Source of the DNA: an uncultured Eubacteriales bacterium
Lineage (GTDB): Bacteria > Actinomycetota > Coriobacteriia > Anaerosomatales > PHET01
Direction of reading: 5' to 3'
Assembly (NCBI GenBank): GCA_964607705.1
Contig: CAZSLI010000004.1
Coordinates: forward strand, 15,750 to 79,749
Length of the DNA stretch: 64,000 nt
In this document: positions 8,634 through 17,378 of the stretch, piece after piece
Layout of the letters: each line of letters opens with the position of its first letter
How positions within the stretch are numbered: position 1 is the stretch's first letter
The notes under the pieces: generated by a model
What the model saw: the letters and a program-made list of their open reading frames with translations, nothing else
Told to the model about the DNA's origin: nothing
Database searches by the model: none
Made by a program: the position numbers and the translations under genes

Positions 8634-9573
8634 GCTCGGTACGCTCGTCATCGCACTCGGCGGCAACGCCATCGCCCGCTCGGGCGACGATGGCTCCCTT
8701 GAGGCACAGTACGTCCGCGCCCGGGAGGCCATGGCCAGCGTTGCCGACCTCCTGTGCGCCGGAGCTCACATCGTCATCACGCACGGAAACGGTCCTGTCG
8801 TGGGCAATATCGTCCTGCGATGCGAACTTGCCAGCGATCACGTTCCACCCATGCCGCTCTACATCGCGGGCGCGGACTCCGAGGGCGGCATCGGCCTGAT
8901 GCTCCAGCAGACCCTCGGCAACGAACTGCGTCGCCGAGACTGCCCGCATCCGGTCGCCGCGATAGTCACGCAGGTCGTCGTTGACGAGGCCGATCCAGCC
9001 TTCGAGCGCCCCACCAAGCCGATCGGCGGCTACTACACCGATGCCGACGCCGATCGGCTCCGGTCTGAAGCCGGCTGGAGCATGGCCCGTCAACACGACG
9101 GTCGCTACCGGCGAGTAGTCCCCTCCCCGCGCCCGAAGCGCGTGGTGGAAGTAGAGGCTGTACAGGCGATGATGGCGGCCGGCGTCATCCCGATCACCGC
9201 GGGAGGCGGAGGCGTACCGGTCACCGAGGACGCGGACGGCATGTACGCCGGTTGCGACGCCGTCATCGACAAGGACTGGACGAGCGCGGTCCTTGCCCAC
9301 CAGCTCGATGCCGCGCGGCTCTACATACTGATGGAGACCGACGCCGTCTACCTTGACTGGGGCACGCCCGAGCAGCGCGCCCTGGAGAGCATCACGCCGG
9401 ATGAAGCCGACCACCTGGTCGCGTCGGGACAGCTCGCCGAGGGCTCGATCGCGCCGAAGGTCGCCGCGGCCGCCTGGTTCGCGCGGACCACAGGCCGTCG
9501 TGCGACGCTCTGCCGGACCGAGGACCTGCTCGCAGCTGTCGAGGGTCGGTGCGGGACCCGGATCGAGGGCTGA
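8623..9573 (+). CDS. arcC: Carbamate kinase
   Basis: VIALGGNAI, THGNGP, PTKPIG, YRRVVPSPRP, GGGGVPV, AVIDKD, GSIAPKV. Confidence 0.93.
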   Translation: MIAELGTLVIALGGNAIARSGDDGSLEAQYVRAREAMASVADLLCAGAHIVITHGNGPVVGNIVLRCELASDHVPPMPLYIAGADSEGGIGLMLQQTLGNELRRRDCPHPVAAIVTQVVVDEADPAFERPTKPIGGYYTDADADRLRSEAGWSMARQHDGRYRRVVPSPRPKRVVEVEAVQAMMAAGVIPITAGGGGVPVTEDADGMYAGCDAVIDKDWTSAVLAHQLDAARLYILMETDAVYLDWGTPEQRALESITPDEADHLVASGQLAEGSIAPKVAAAAWFARTTGRRATLCRTEDLLAAVEGRCGTRIEG

Positions 9574-9585
9574 GCCGGTCAGCGG

Positions 9586-9601
9586 TGTGACCGATGTCAC
9601 A
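9586..9601. promoter_or_regulatory. CRP-family binding site
   Basis: Perfect TGTGA-ccgatg-TCACA in the intergenic region upstream of ORF 9688. Confidence 0.75.
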
Positions 9602-9687
9602 TGAATCGTGAAGTGAACGATGGAGCGGCGGCCGTGTTGCGCCGAACCTGACTACACGACCCGAACTCTGACCGCCAAGGGACTGCC

Positions 9688-10260
9688 GTGCTGACCGCCA
9701 CCGGAAGCCTGGCGCAGGTGCGTCCGCACTATGTGGGCGACGACCGCGACCTCATGCGCGTGCTACTCAATGCCACCTCGACCGCCGAGGCGAACCTTGC
9801 CCTCGATGTGCTGCGCGGCACAGTGCCCGAGAAGGTGCTCGTGAACGCGTGCAACCTGCGCGAAGTGCTGCTGTCTCTCCCCGCGTCCCCCTTCGCCATG
9901 CGGGTCGACGAGGAGACACTCGTGAAGACGGCCGGCCTCAAGCGGGGCATGGCGACGATGAGCAAGATCCTCTCCGATGGAACCGAACTCGTGGTGACCA
10001 CCGCAGGCAACCTCGTGCTCGACGTCATCGTTCGCCGAGACGGCGAGAAGTACTTCTGGAACCAGGTCCCGGTGACCGAGGACTACGTGACCGGTAGCGT
10101 CTTGGATCTGTGCATCGAGAGCGACTGTCTGCTGGACGCAGTGGTCGACCTCGCTCACTGCATGGGGATGGTCTTCAACCCGAAGTTCTACCTGTCGCTC
10201 GAGGACTGGTCTCTCGACCACGCCTTCGACCTCTTCGAAGGCCTTGAGGGCCTGTTCTGA
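9688..10260 (+). CDS. Hypothetical protein
   Basis: 190-aa ORF with normal composition that fills the gap between convergent genes; no recognisable motif. Confidence 0.7.
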   Translation: MLTATGSLAQVRPHYVGDDRDLMRVLLNATSTAEANLALDVLRGTVPEKVLVNACNLREVLLSLPASPFAMRVDEETLVKTAGLKRGMATMSKILSDGTELVVTTAGNLVLDVIVRRDGEKYFWNQVPVTEDYVTGSVLDLCIESDCLLDAVVDLAHCMGMVFNPKFYLSLEDWSLDHAFDLFEGLEGLF

Positions 10261-10288
10261 CGCGACCGCCCCTGATCGGCCTTCCCGC

Positions 10289-10903
10289 TTAGGCGACCTC
10301 GGCCATGCTCGTGATCGTGCACCCTGCGCTCGCCATGGCCTGAAGCGCCCTTTCACCGTCTCCCCTGACGGCGTCGACCGCTCGCACCCCATCAGCCACC
10401 ACTGCCACCTCGAACCCCAGGCTGCGCGCATCGAGCGCCGAGTACTTCACGCAGTAGTCGGTGGCCAGCCCCACGATGACCACTCCCTGCACGCCGCGGT
10501 CGGCGAGTATCGCGGAGAGTCCCGTGTCGCAACGCCTGGCGTTGTCGAAGAAAGCCGAGTACGAATCCACTAGGGGATCGGTGCCCTTGCGGATCACCGC
10601 ATCTATGTGTGCGACGTCGAGGGCAGAGTGGAATGAGGCACCCGGCATGTTCTGGACGCAGTGATCGGGCCACAAGACCTGTTCGGTCCCCGCCAGGTCG
10701 ATCGTTTGCCCGGGCTGTCTGCCCATGTGGTTGCTCGCGAAGCTGCCATGATCGGACGGGTGCCAGTCCTGCGTCGCGACCACGAACTCAAAATCGGGCG
10801 CGAGGTGGTTGGCGACTGCCACCGCCGCTTCGCCATCGCGTACGGGCAGCGAGCCGAACGGCATGAAGTCGTTCTGAAGATCGATCAGCAGCAGTGCGCG
10901 CAT
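10289..10903 (-). CDS. pncA: Nicotinamidase/pyrazinamidase
   Basis: LLLIDLQNDF, TQDWHP, WPDHCVQ, KG...DSYSAF, GLATDYCV. Confidence 0.93.
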   Translation of the reverse strand: MRALLLIDLQNDFMPFGSLPVRDGEAAVAVANHLAPDFEFVVATQDWHPSDHGSFASNHMGRQPGQTIDLAGTEQVLWPDHCVQNMPGASFHSALDVAHIDAVIRKGTDPLVDSYSAFFDNARRCDTGLSAILADRGVQGVVIVGLATDYCVKYSALDARSLGFEVAVVADGVRAVDAVRGDGERALQAMASAGCTITSMAEVA

Positions 10904-10907
10904 GATC

Positions 10908-12443
10908 TCACGTCCCCTCCGTTTGTCGGCGTGAAGTCGCCGCTTCCGCAGCCGCGAGGGCATCTCCGCTGGGCAACGCCTCTTCGGGCGTGATGCCGCG
11001 CGCCTTGAGCACGAGGGCGGTCCTCAGGTCGTTCAAGCGCCTCTCGAGGCCCACGGGATACCTGTGGGGATTGATGAAGCGTGTGACTGAGGGATCCAGC
11101 TCCTCGAGTCCGGCCCGTGCGCGGTCGTGGACTTCGCGCAGGCCGGGCGTTTCCCACGTCAGGTCGCCCTGCCTGAAGACCGGCTGCAGCAACTCCTCGG
11201 CAGTGTGCGATGAGGTGAAGGTCTTGCGTCGCGTCGGGTCTTCCGGATCGACCATCATGGCCTCTAGCGGGCCCGGATGCCCGAGGTCGTAGATCATGTC
11301 GCCCGCAAGAGACCCGTCGACCCGTCGATACCGCCGGACGCCGAGGACGCCGGGCGTGGTCACCTTCGCAGTCTGCTCGGATACCTTTACGCGAGGAATC
11401 CAGTCTCCGCCCGGCCGGCGAACGGCCGACAGCTTGTAGACGCCACCCAACGCCGGCTGCTCCCAGCCCGTGACAAGCTTCGTGCCGACGCCCCAGACGT
11501 CGATGCGGGCACCCTGGTCCTTCAGCGAAGCGATCAGGTGCTCGTCGAGCTCGTTGCTGGCGACCACGAGAGCTTTGGGGAACCCGCCCGCATCAAGCAT
11601 CCTTCGCACCTGCGTCGAGAGCCATGCGAGGTCTCCCGAGTCGATCCTCACGCCGAGCAACTCGTGGCCGCGCTCGCGAAGCCTTCGCCCCGCGGCCATC
11701 GCACGCTCGACCCCTTCCAGGGTGTCGTAGGTGTCCACGAGGAAGGTGACGTTGTTCGGCAACGCCTGAGCGTAGGCCTCGAACGCCTCGAGCTCGGTAT
11801 CGAAGGCCATGACCCATGAGTGCGCATGGGTCCCGGCTACCGGGATGCCATGCATCTGGCCGGCGAGGGTGTTCGAGGTCGAGTCGACGCCCCCAACATA
11901 AGCGGCCCTGCTTGCGGACAGCCCCCCGTCCGGTCCCTGCGCCCGCCTCAGGCCGAACTCGAGCAGGCGGTCCCGGCCGGCAGATAGGCGGCAGCGCGCA
12001 GCCTTGGTCGCGATGAGGGTCTGGAAGTTGATCGTGTTGAGCAATGCCGTCTCCACCAACTGACACACCGGCAGAGGGCCGCGGACCCGCATCAGCGGTT
12101 CTCGCGGGAAGACCACCGTGCCCTCGGCGATGGCATCGACGTCGCACGAGAACTCGAGCGAGCGCAGCGACTGCAGGAACTCGGCGGAGAACAGGCCCGC
12201 GCCGTCGGCGCCGCGCATCTGCGCGAGATATGCGGCGTCTTCCTCGGTGAACCTCAACTGCCGCAACCACTCGACGGCCTGCTGTAATCCGGCGGCGACC
12301 GTGAAGCCGCCGCCGAATGGGTTCTCCCGGAAATACAGATGGAAGCAGCCCTCGGTCTCGGCGATACCCGCGTGCATATATGCCTGCGCCATCGTGAGCT
12401 GGTACAGGTCGGTACTCATGGCCGATGCCGTCGAGACGAACAC
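10908..12443 (-). CDS. pncB: Nicotinate phosphoribosyltransferase
   Basis: TDLYQLTM, LEFGLRRAQG, GTHAHSWV, LVDTYDTL, GVRIDSGDL, WGVGTKL. Confidence 0.95.
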   Translation of the reverse strand: MFVSTASAMSTDLYQLTMAQAYMHAGIAETEGCFHLYFRENPFGGGFTVAAGLQQAVEWLRQLRFTEEDAAYLAQMRGADGAGLFSAEFLQSLRSLEFSCDVDAIAEGTVVFPREPLMRVRGPLPVCQLVETALLNTINFQTLIATKAARCRLSAGRDRLLEFGLRRAQGPDGGLSASRAAYVGGVDSTSNTLAGQMHGIPVAGTHAHSWVMAFDTELEAFEAYAQALPNNVTFLVDTYDTLEGVERAMAAGRRLRERGHELLGVRIDSGDLAWLSTQVRRMLDAGGFPKALVVASNELDEHLIASLKDQGARIDVWGVGTKLVTGWEQPALGGVYKLSAVRRPGGDWIPRVKVSEQTAKVTTPGVLGVRRYRRVDGSLAGDMIYDLGHPGPLEAMMVDPEDPTRRKTFTSSHTAEELLQPVFRQGDLTWETPGLREVHDRARAGLEELDPSVTRFINPHRYPVGLERRLNDLRTALVLKARGITPEEALPSGDALAAAEAATSRRQTEGT

Positions 12444-12521
12444 GATCCCCTCCTCGGCAACGAGCGTAGCACGCACGCGCGACGTGGACGGTTAGGATGG
12501 TGATACCCGAGGTGGAAGAAG

Positions 12522-13442
12522 ATGCGGATGGAAGCGCCCCCGCCAAGCAGCGACGCACAACATAAGGACAGCGCATTCGCCGCTGCTCTCGCGTCGGTCG
12601 AGCGCCTCACCGCCGAGGAGCCCGGGCACATCTTGCCCGAGTGCCGAACCCGGTTACTGCATCACGGCCATCCCACTGCCAAGGCGTTCCTGCTTTTCCA
12701 CGGCTACACGAACTGCCCGGCGCAACTTTCCGTTGTCGCCGAGGAGCTTCATCGACGTGGCCACAACGTCTTCGTGCCGTTGGAAGAGGGACACGGCAGG
12801 GCAGACGGGTCGCCCGCTGACCTGACGCACGTAACGCCTGACCGTCTCGCCGAATGGATCGGCCGGACGATCGAGTGCGCGCGGGGCCTCGGGGAACGTC
12901 TGACCGTCGTCGGCTTCTCGGTAGGGGGTGTCTACGCCGCTTGGGGCGGGCTGAACAACGAATGCGTTGACGAGGTCATCATGCTGTCGCCGGCGTTCCT
13001 CCCGTACAGCTACCCCCGGCTCGCCATCGGACTGCTACCGCTGCTCACCCGAGTGCTCCCCGAGCGTTACCTGTGGTGGGACCCCCTGAGAAGGGATGCA
13101 GCACCGCTCTCGCCCTACGGCTATGCGCGACTCTCACGACGCGGTATCTCCGCCGTGTTCGCCTTGGGACAACGTGCCTGGCGCAAGGAGCCGTGTCGTA
13201 CGACTGAGTTGCGCAGGGCGGTCCTGGTCCTCAACGAATGGGACTTCGCCGTAAACCCCAAGGCGGCATGGCAGGCGTTCGAGGACGCGCTCGTGCCGAG
13301 AGCGCGACATGCCGAGCTGGTCCGACTCGAGGCATCGCTGCGGCTGCCGCACGATTACCTGGATCCTCATCGACCCGGCCGGGAGGATGCTTCCGAAGTT
13401 CGCCTCCGTATCGCGTCCATCGCCGAGAACAGCGACGACTGA
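12522..13442 (+). CDS. Alpha/beta hydrolase (carboxylesterase-like)
   Basis: LLFHGYTNCP, nucleophile motif GFSVG, C-terminal PHD. Confidence 0.8.
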   Translation: MRMEAPPPSSDAQHKDSAFAAALASVERLTAEEPGHILPECRTRLLHHGHPTAKAFLLFHGYTNCPAQLSVVAEELHRRGHNVFVPLEEGHGRADGSPADLTHVTPDRLAEWIGRTIECARGLGERLTVVGFSVGGVYAAWGGLNNECVDEVIMLSPAFLPYSYPRLAIGLLPLLTRVLPERYLWWDPLRRDAAPLSPYGYARLSRRGISAVFALGQRAWRKEPCRTTELRRAVLVLNEWDFAVNPKAAWQAFEDALVPRARHAELVRLEASLRLPHDYLDPHRPGREDASEVRLRIASIAENSDD

Positions 13443-13619
13443 GAACGGCAGTCCGCGACGCCGGTGACTCCGGTGGGCAGAACACCGTCGCGGGTGCCCT
13501 CGGAGGACCTGGATGATTCTGTGAATTCCGGCGAGCGGCGGCCGCAGAAGGGACTAGCGGGGTATAGTTGCCGAGACGTCTCCCGCGGGGAGGCATCCAG
13601 GGGATCTGGAGGGGGCACT

Positions 13620-13793
13620 ATGGAGCCGTCCGCCGAGGAGACTCGCCAAGAGCTCGAATCGCCACAGCCCATGGTGGTCGATGCGCCGGAAGGCGGCGTC
13701 GACCCCAGCGTCGATCTCTACGCTCAGGCGGAGCTGGAACGGCGACATGAGCGCATGGAGCTCATGATCGAGAAGGCTCGACGCCTCACCTGA
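13620..13793 (+). CDS. Small acidic protein (57 aa)
   Basis: GGAGGGGG RBS, TATAGT -10-like hexamer at 13564-13569, helical C-terminus. Confidence 0.5.
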   Translation: MEPSAEETRQELESPQPMVVDAPEGGVDPSVDLYAQAELERRHERMELMIEKARRLT

Positions 13794-14697
13794 GATACAG
13801 CACGGCGGCAAGCGCCCCGATGATGACCGGGACCACCACGACCGCCACCGCTATCAAGAGCACCGTCCTCGCTCCTTTGGGCTGTTCGCGGCGAAGCACG
13901 AAGAACCCGACCACGCCTGCTATCGGCACGATGACTGCCAGCGCGTACCACCACCAGGCGACCGGTGCCTCCGCGGGCATGTCGACCACCGCGAAATCGT
14001 CGTACACCTCGCCTGTGGCAGGCGGCTGCTGCGACGCGGGGTCCGGCGTCTGGTCCTGTATGAGAGCCGGCCCGTCAGCGGCGTACTCCTGCTCTGGGGC
14101 CGCTTGGCCGAAGTAGGGATCCGCCATCGGCTGCGCCTGCATCGCGTATGACTCAGGTGACGGCGCGGGCGCGTAGTACTCGCTTGGCGACTCGGTCGTG
14201 AACATCTCGTGAGCCGGCGAAAGATTCGCCTCGGCTTGCGGCGCGCTTGGTGTCACCTGTTCCTGCCAGGCAGGCGCTGCATCGGCGACGGCGTCAGTAG
14301 ACGGCCACGTTGAGTCCGCTCCCGCCTGCCCCGCGCCGTCTTCGAAGACCCACGCCGGGAGATCCGACTGTGCGGCAGGATCGACTGCCACAGCCGGGAT
14401 GGATGCGGGTACAGGTGCCGCGGCGTACTCGGCGATCCGCGCGACTGGTGTCCCGTATTCCGGCGCCGGCGGCTCGATCGAAGCCACTGGAGCGACGGCA
14501 GGCTGAGGCGCGGCGGTGATCGCGAGGGTGTTACCGTCGTAGACCGCGCCGGACTCAGGATGTGCTGCCGCAAATGCGGCGAGCAACTCGGCCGCCTCGT
14601 TCTCCGACACGTTCTGGAGGTCGCTCGGGCGTGCTCGGCCACTCACATCGAGAAGCAGTTGGATGAAGCTGTCCATACGTGGGGTCAGGCCGGCCAC
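13786..14697 (-). CDS. Pro/Ala/Glu-rich protein with C-terminal two-TM hairpin
   Basis: GGAGG RBS before GTG 14697; long low-complexity linker; WWWYALAVIVPIAGVVGFFVLRR...LLIAVAVVVVPVIIG. Confidence 0.7.
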   Translation of the reverse strand: MAGLTPRMDSFIQLLLDVSGRARPSDLQNVSENEAAELLAAFAAAHPESGAVYDGNTLAITAAPQPAVAPVASIEPPAPEYGTPVARIAEYAAAPVPASIPAVAVDPAAQSDLPAWVFEDGAGQAGADSTWPSTDAVADAAPAWQEQVTPSAPQAEANLSPAHEMFTTESPSEYYAPAPSPESYAMQAQPMADPYFGQAAPEQEYAADGPALIQDQTPDPASQQPPATGEVYDDFAVVDMPAEAPVAWWWYALAVIVPIAGVVGFFVLRREQPKGARTVLLIAVAVVVVPVIIGALAAVLYLR

Positions 14698-14777
14698 GTC
14701 AATCCTCCCCCTCAGGGTTCCAACGTTACCCCGAGTATCGCCCGAAAGCCGTCTGTCGTGAACCCTGGCGCCGCGGT

Positions 14778-15320
14778 TTACGGTTCCTTGTAGCGCGGCC
14801 TGCCGTCCCGTGCCCAGCGGCTCGCCTCGCTCCGGTTCCGAGGGTGACGGGTGTAGGCGGTCACCAGGCGCTTCGCGACGATGATCGGAATGGCGTCGGC
14901 CGGGTGAGGCATTCCGGCGTAGCGTCTGATCACGGCGATGGACTTCGCGGCGGCGTCGTCCTCCTCGCGCATCCACACGAGGTGCCCGATCGCCGGGATA
15001 TCCTCGGCCTCACAGACCTTTACCTCGTACTCCCACTCCCATCCGAGGTCCGGGCTCGATCGAGCACCCTCTCCCACCTCACTCTCCATGAGCTCAAGTA
15101 CTCGGTAGGCGCGCCTCGCCTTCAGCTGTATGCCGACGAGCACCGCGGTCACGCTGACCCGAGGGTCACCGTCTCTCTCGGCAGCCTCGAGCCACGCGTC
15201 GCGGCGAGGGCATTCGACGTATTCCAGCAACTCGACGGCGCGCCGGCGCACGGCCGGGCGCGGACTCATCAGCACGCGCTCAAGCCAGGCGGTGGTCTCA
15301 CTGGTGGCGTCGTAGGGCAC
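14778..15320 (-). CDS. Hypothetical protein with HEAT-like N-terminal repeat
   Basis: SPRPAVRRRAVELL and DGDPRVSVTA resemble HEAT/PBS motifs; GGAGG RBS. Confidence 0.6.
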   Translation of the reverse strand: MPYDATSETTAWLERVLMSPRPAVRRRAVELLEYVECPRRDAWLEAAERDGDPRVSVTAVLVGIQLKARRAYRVLELMESEVGEGARSSPDLGWEWEYEVKVCEAEDIPAIGHLVWMREEDDAAAKSIAVIRRYAGMPHPADAIPIIVAKRLVTAYTRHPRNRSEASRWARDGRPRYKEP

Positions 15321-15440
15321 CTGCGGACCTCCCGTCTAACGATGCCGTCACGGCAAGTGTGCGCGGAGGGTCTGACACGCCATCCGCAGGGACCGCGTCC
15401 CCGATGGCTTTGTCCCTCGGCTGAGGGGTATCGTCCGGTC

Positions 15441-16607
15441 ATGGACGCCCTCGTCTACAGCGACGAACTCGCAGCCTATAGACTCAGCGAGACGCACCCC
15501 CTGGACCCGTACCGCTTCGTCGGCGCAGTCGCGTTGATGGAGTCATGGGGCCTCCTGCGGTCTGAGGGCGCGGCAGTCCTCCGTCCGGCCCCCTGCCACC
15601 GAGAAGACCTGCTGCTCGTTCACGAAGAGACGTACGTCGACTTCGTGCGTCGCGCCTCCATCAACCCGGCCGACGCCCGCGGACACGGCATCGGCCCCGG
15701 CGACACTCCGGCGTTCGCCGGCATGCATGATGCCGCGTCTACTGTCACCGGCGCGACGATCCGGGCTGTTGAGGCGGTCCTGGCAGGAGCTGCGCGGCGC
15801 ACGTTCAGCCCCGCAGGTGGACTCCATCACGCGCACGCCGATCATGCTTCGGGGTTCTGCGTCTACAACGATTGCGCCGTCGCGATCGCCCGGGCCACGC
15901 TCGACCATCCTGGCCTGCGTGTGGCCTACGTCGACCTTGATGCGCACCATGGCGACGGGGTGCAGGCGGCCTTCTATGACAGAAGCGACGTTCTGACGAT
16001 CTCCGTTCACGAGTCGGGACGCTACCTGTTCCCGGGCACGGGCCTCGTGCAAGAGGTCGGTGAGGGACAGGGTGTCGGCTGCGCCATCAACGTGCCGCTG
16101 CCACCCTACGCAGACGGCGCGTCGTACCAGGTGGTACACGAGGAAGTGATCGCCCCCGCACTCAAGGCGTTCTCGCCGGATCTGATAGTCGCCCAGCTTG
16201 GGGCCGACACCCATCGGGCCGACCCGCTGACCCATCTCTACCAGTCAGTGCAGGGCTTCACCGAGGCGGTTGCGCGCATCGTCGACCTCGCCGAGGAGCT
16301 CACGAGCGGCCGACTGGTCGCCACAGGTGGCGGCGGCTATCGCCCGTTCTCCGAAGTGCCGAGGATGTGGGCCGGCGCATTTGCCGTCCTTCTCGGCAGG
16401 GAGATTCCCGAGCGGGTGCCTGATGCCTGGCGGCACGAGGCACAAGCGGCAGCGTCGAGGGCAGGCGTGCGTCAAGAGATTCCGAAACTGACGTTTACCG
16501 AGGAGCTGGCGGAGCTGGATCCCGAGCTGCGCCACGAGGTTCTCGGCGAGACGCGAAGCGTGGTGGAACGTGTGCGCAGGACATCTCCCCTGCTCAGAGG
16601 AGCCTAA
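15441..16607 (+). CDS. acuC: Acetoin utilization protein AcuC / Zn-dependent histone deacetylase family
   Basis: GGLHHAH, SGFCVYND, DLDAHHGDG, GADTH..DPL, GGGGY; TATCGT 6 nt before ATG suggests a leaderless transcript. Confidence 0.88.
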   Translation: MDALVYSDELAAYRLSETHPLDPYRFVGAVALMESWGLLRSEGAAVLRPAPCHREDLLLVHEETYVDFVRRASINPADARGHGIGPGDTPAFAGMHDAASTVTGATIRAVEAVLAGAARRTFSPAGGLHHAHADHASGFCVYNDCAVAIARATLDHPGLRVAYVDLDAHHGDGVQAAFYDRSDVLTISVHESGRYLFPGTGLVQEVGEGQGVGCAINVPLPPYADGASYQVVHEEVIAPALKAFSPDLIVAQLGADTHRADPLTHLYQSVQGFTEAVARIVDLAEELTSGRLVATGGGGYRPFSEVPRMWAGAFAVLLGREIPERVPDAWRHEAQAAASRAGVRQEIPKLTFTEELAELDPELRHEVLGETRSVVERVRRTSPLLRGA

Positions 16608-16858
16608 CAGTCGGCGCCGTCACGGCTTTCCAGGAACAGTTGCCTGATCTTGAACAGGGTGATGTCGATGCTCGCATCGGACGCCACCGGCGACAGGGCG
16701 TCGCGGACCGCGGCCTCGATGGCAGGCAGGTCGTCAGCCGACAACGCCTCCACCGGCTTGCGCTTGCACAGCGCCGTGCCCCGGAGAGTCACTTCGGCGG
16801 CGTGCTCGTTCATGGTGGGTCCAAGTGCAAGGATCATTGCGCGGAGTCTGTGATGCAT
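16604..16858 (-). CDS. Small hypothetical protein (84 aa), paralog A
   Basis: GGGAG RBS; clear similarity to 16975-17232. Confidence 0.7.
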   Translation of the reverse strand: MHHRLRAMILALGPTMNEHAAEVTLRGTALCKRKPVEALSADDLPAIEAAVRDALSPVASDASIDITLFKIRQLFLESRDGADC

Positions 16859-16955
16859 CTCGGGCTCCCAAGCAGTGGCAAGGCAGGATTGCCGTGGCCA
16901 TGCCCTGAGATTCGGCCCGCAAGCGCATGATGGCGAGTCCTTGGGGCGGGAATCG

Positions 16956-16971
16956 TGTGACACCCGTCACA
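16956..16971. promoter_or_regulatory. CRP-family binding site
   Basis: Perfect TGTGA-cacccg-TCACA between the two small paralogs. Confidence 0.75.
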
Positions 16972-16974
16972 CCG

Positions 16975-17232
16975 CTACTGCTCGGTCAGCTCGGCGTCCT
17001 CGAGATACGCGGCACGCAGGCGGGTGATGATGTGCTCGACCCGGGGCTCAGCCGACGTGTGCGCGACCGCCTCCCGCACTGCGCGCTCGACGGCGGGCCA
17101 GTCCTCGGCAGTCAAGGCATCGAACGACTTGCGACGAGTGAACGCGGCTATGTGGAGGAATCCCTCGGCCTGCGTTCGCGACATGATCGGCGACAGCGCT
17201 TGGATACTGCGCTCGAGCCTGCTTCGCATCAT
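16975..17232 (-). CDS. Small hypothetical protein (85 aa), paralog B
   Basis: GAGGGGGAG RBS; shares RL..I.AL.P.M...AE..L...RK...AL.A.D.PA.E.AVR.A with paralog A. Confidence 0.72.
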   Translation of the reverse strand: MMRSRLERSIQALSPIMSRTQAEGFLHIAAFTRRKSFDALTAEDWPAVERAVREAVAHTSAEPRVEHIITRLRAAYLEDAELTEQ

Positions 17233-17319
17233 CGCTCCCCCTCGGATGCGCCGGCGATGACAGGGGCACCGATGATGCACGGAGACGCCGCCGCGCTCAA
17301 TGCAGGAGGCCGATTGATT

Positions 17320-17335
17320 CGTGACGTGCGTCACA
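17320..17335. promoter_or_regulatory. CRP-family binding site
   Basis: CGTGA-cgtgcg-TCACA (1 mismatch) upstream of paralog B. Confidence 0.65.
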
Positions 17336-17378
17336 TCGGACCCATGCGGCACGGTCGACCGAGCGCGAAGCTGCGAAT

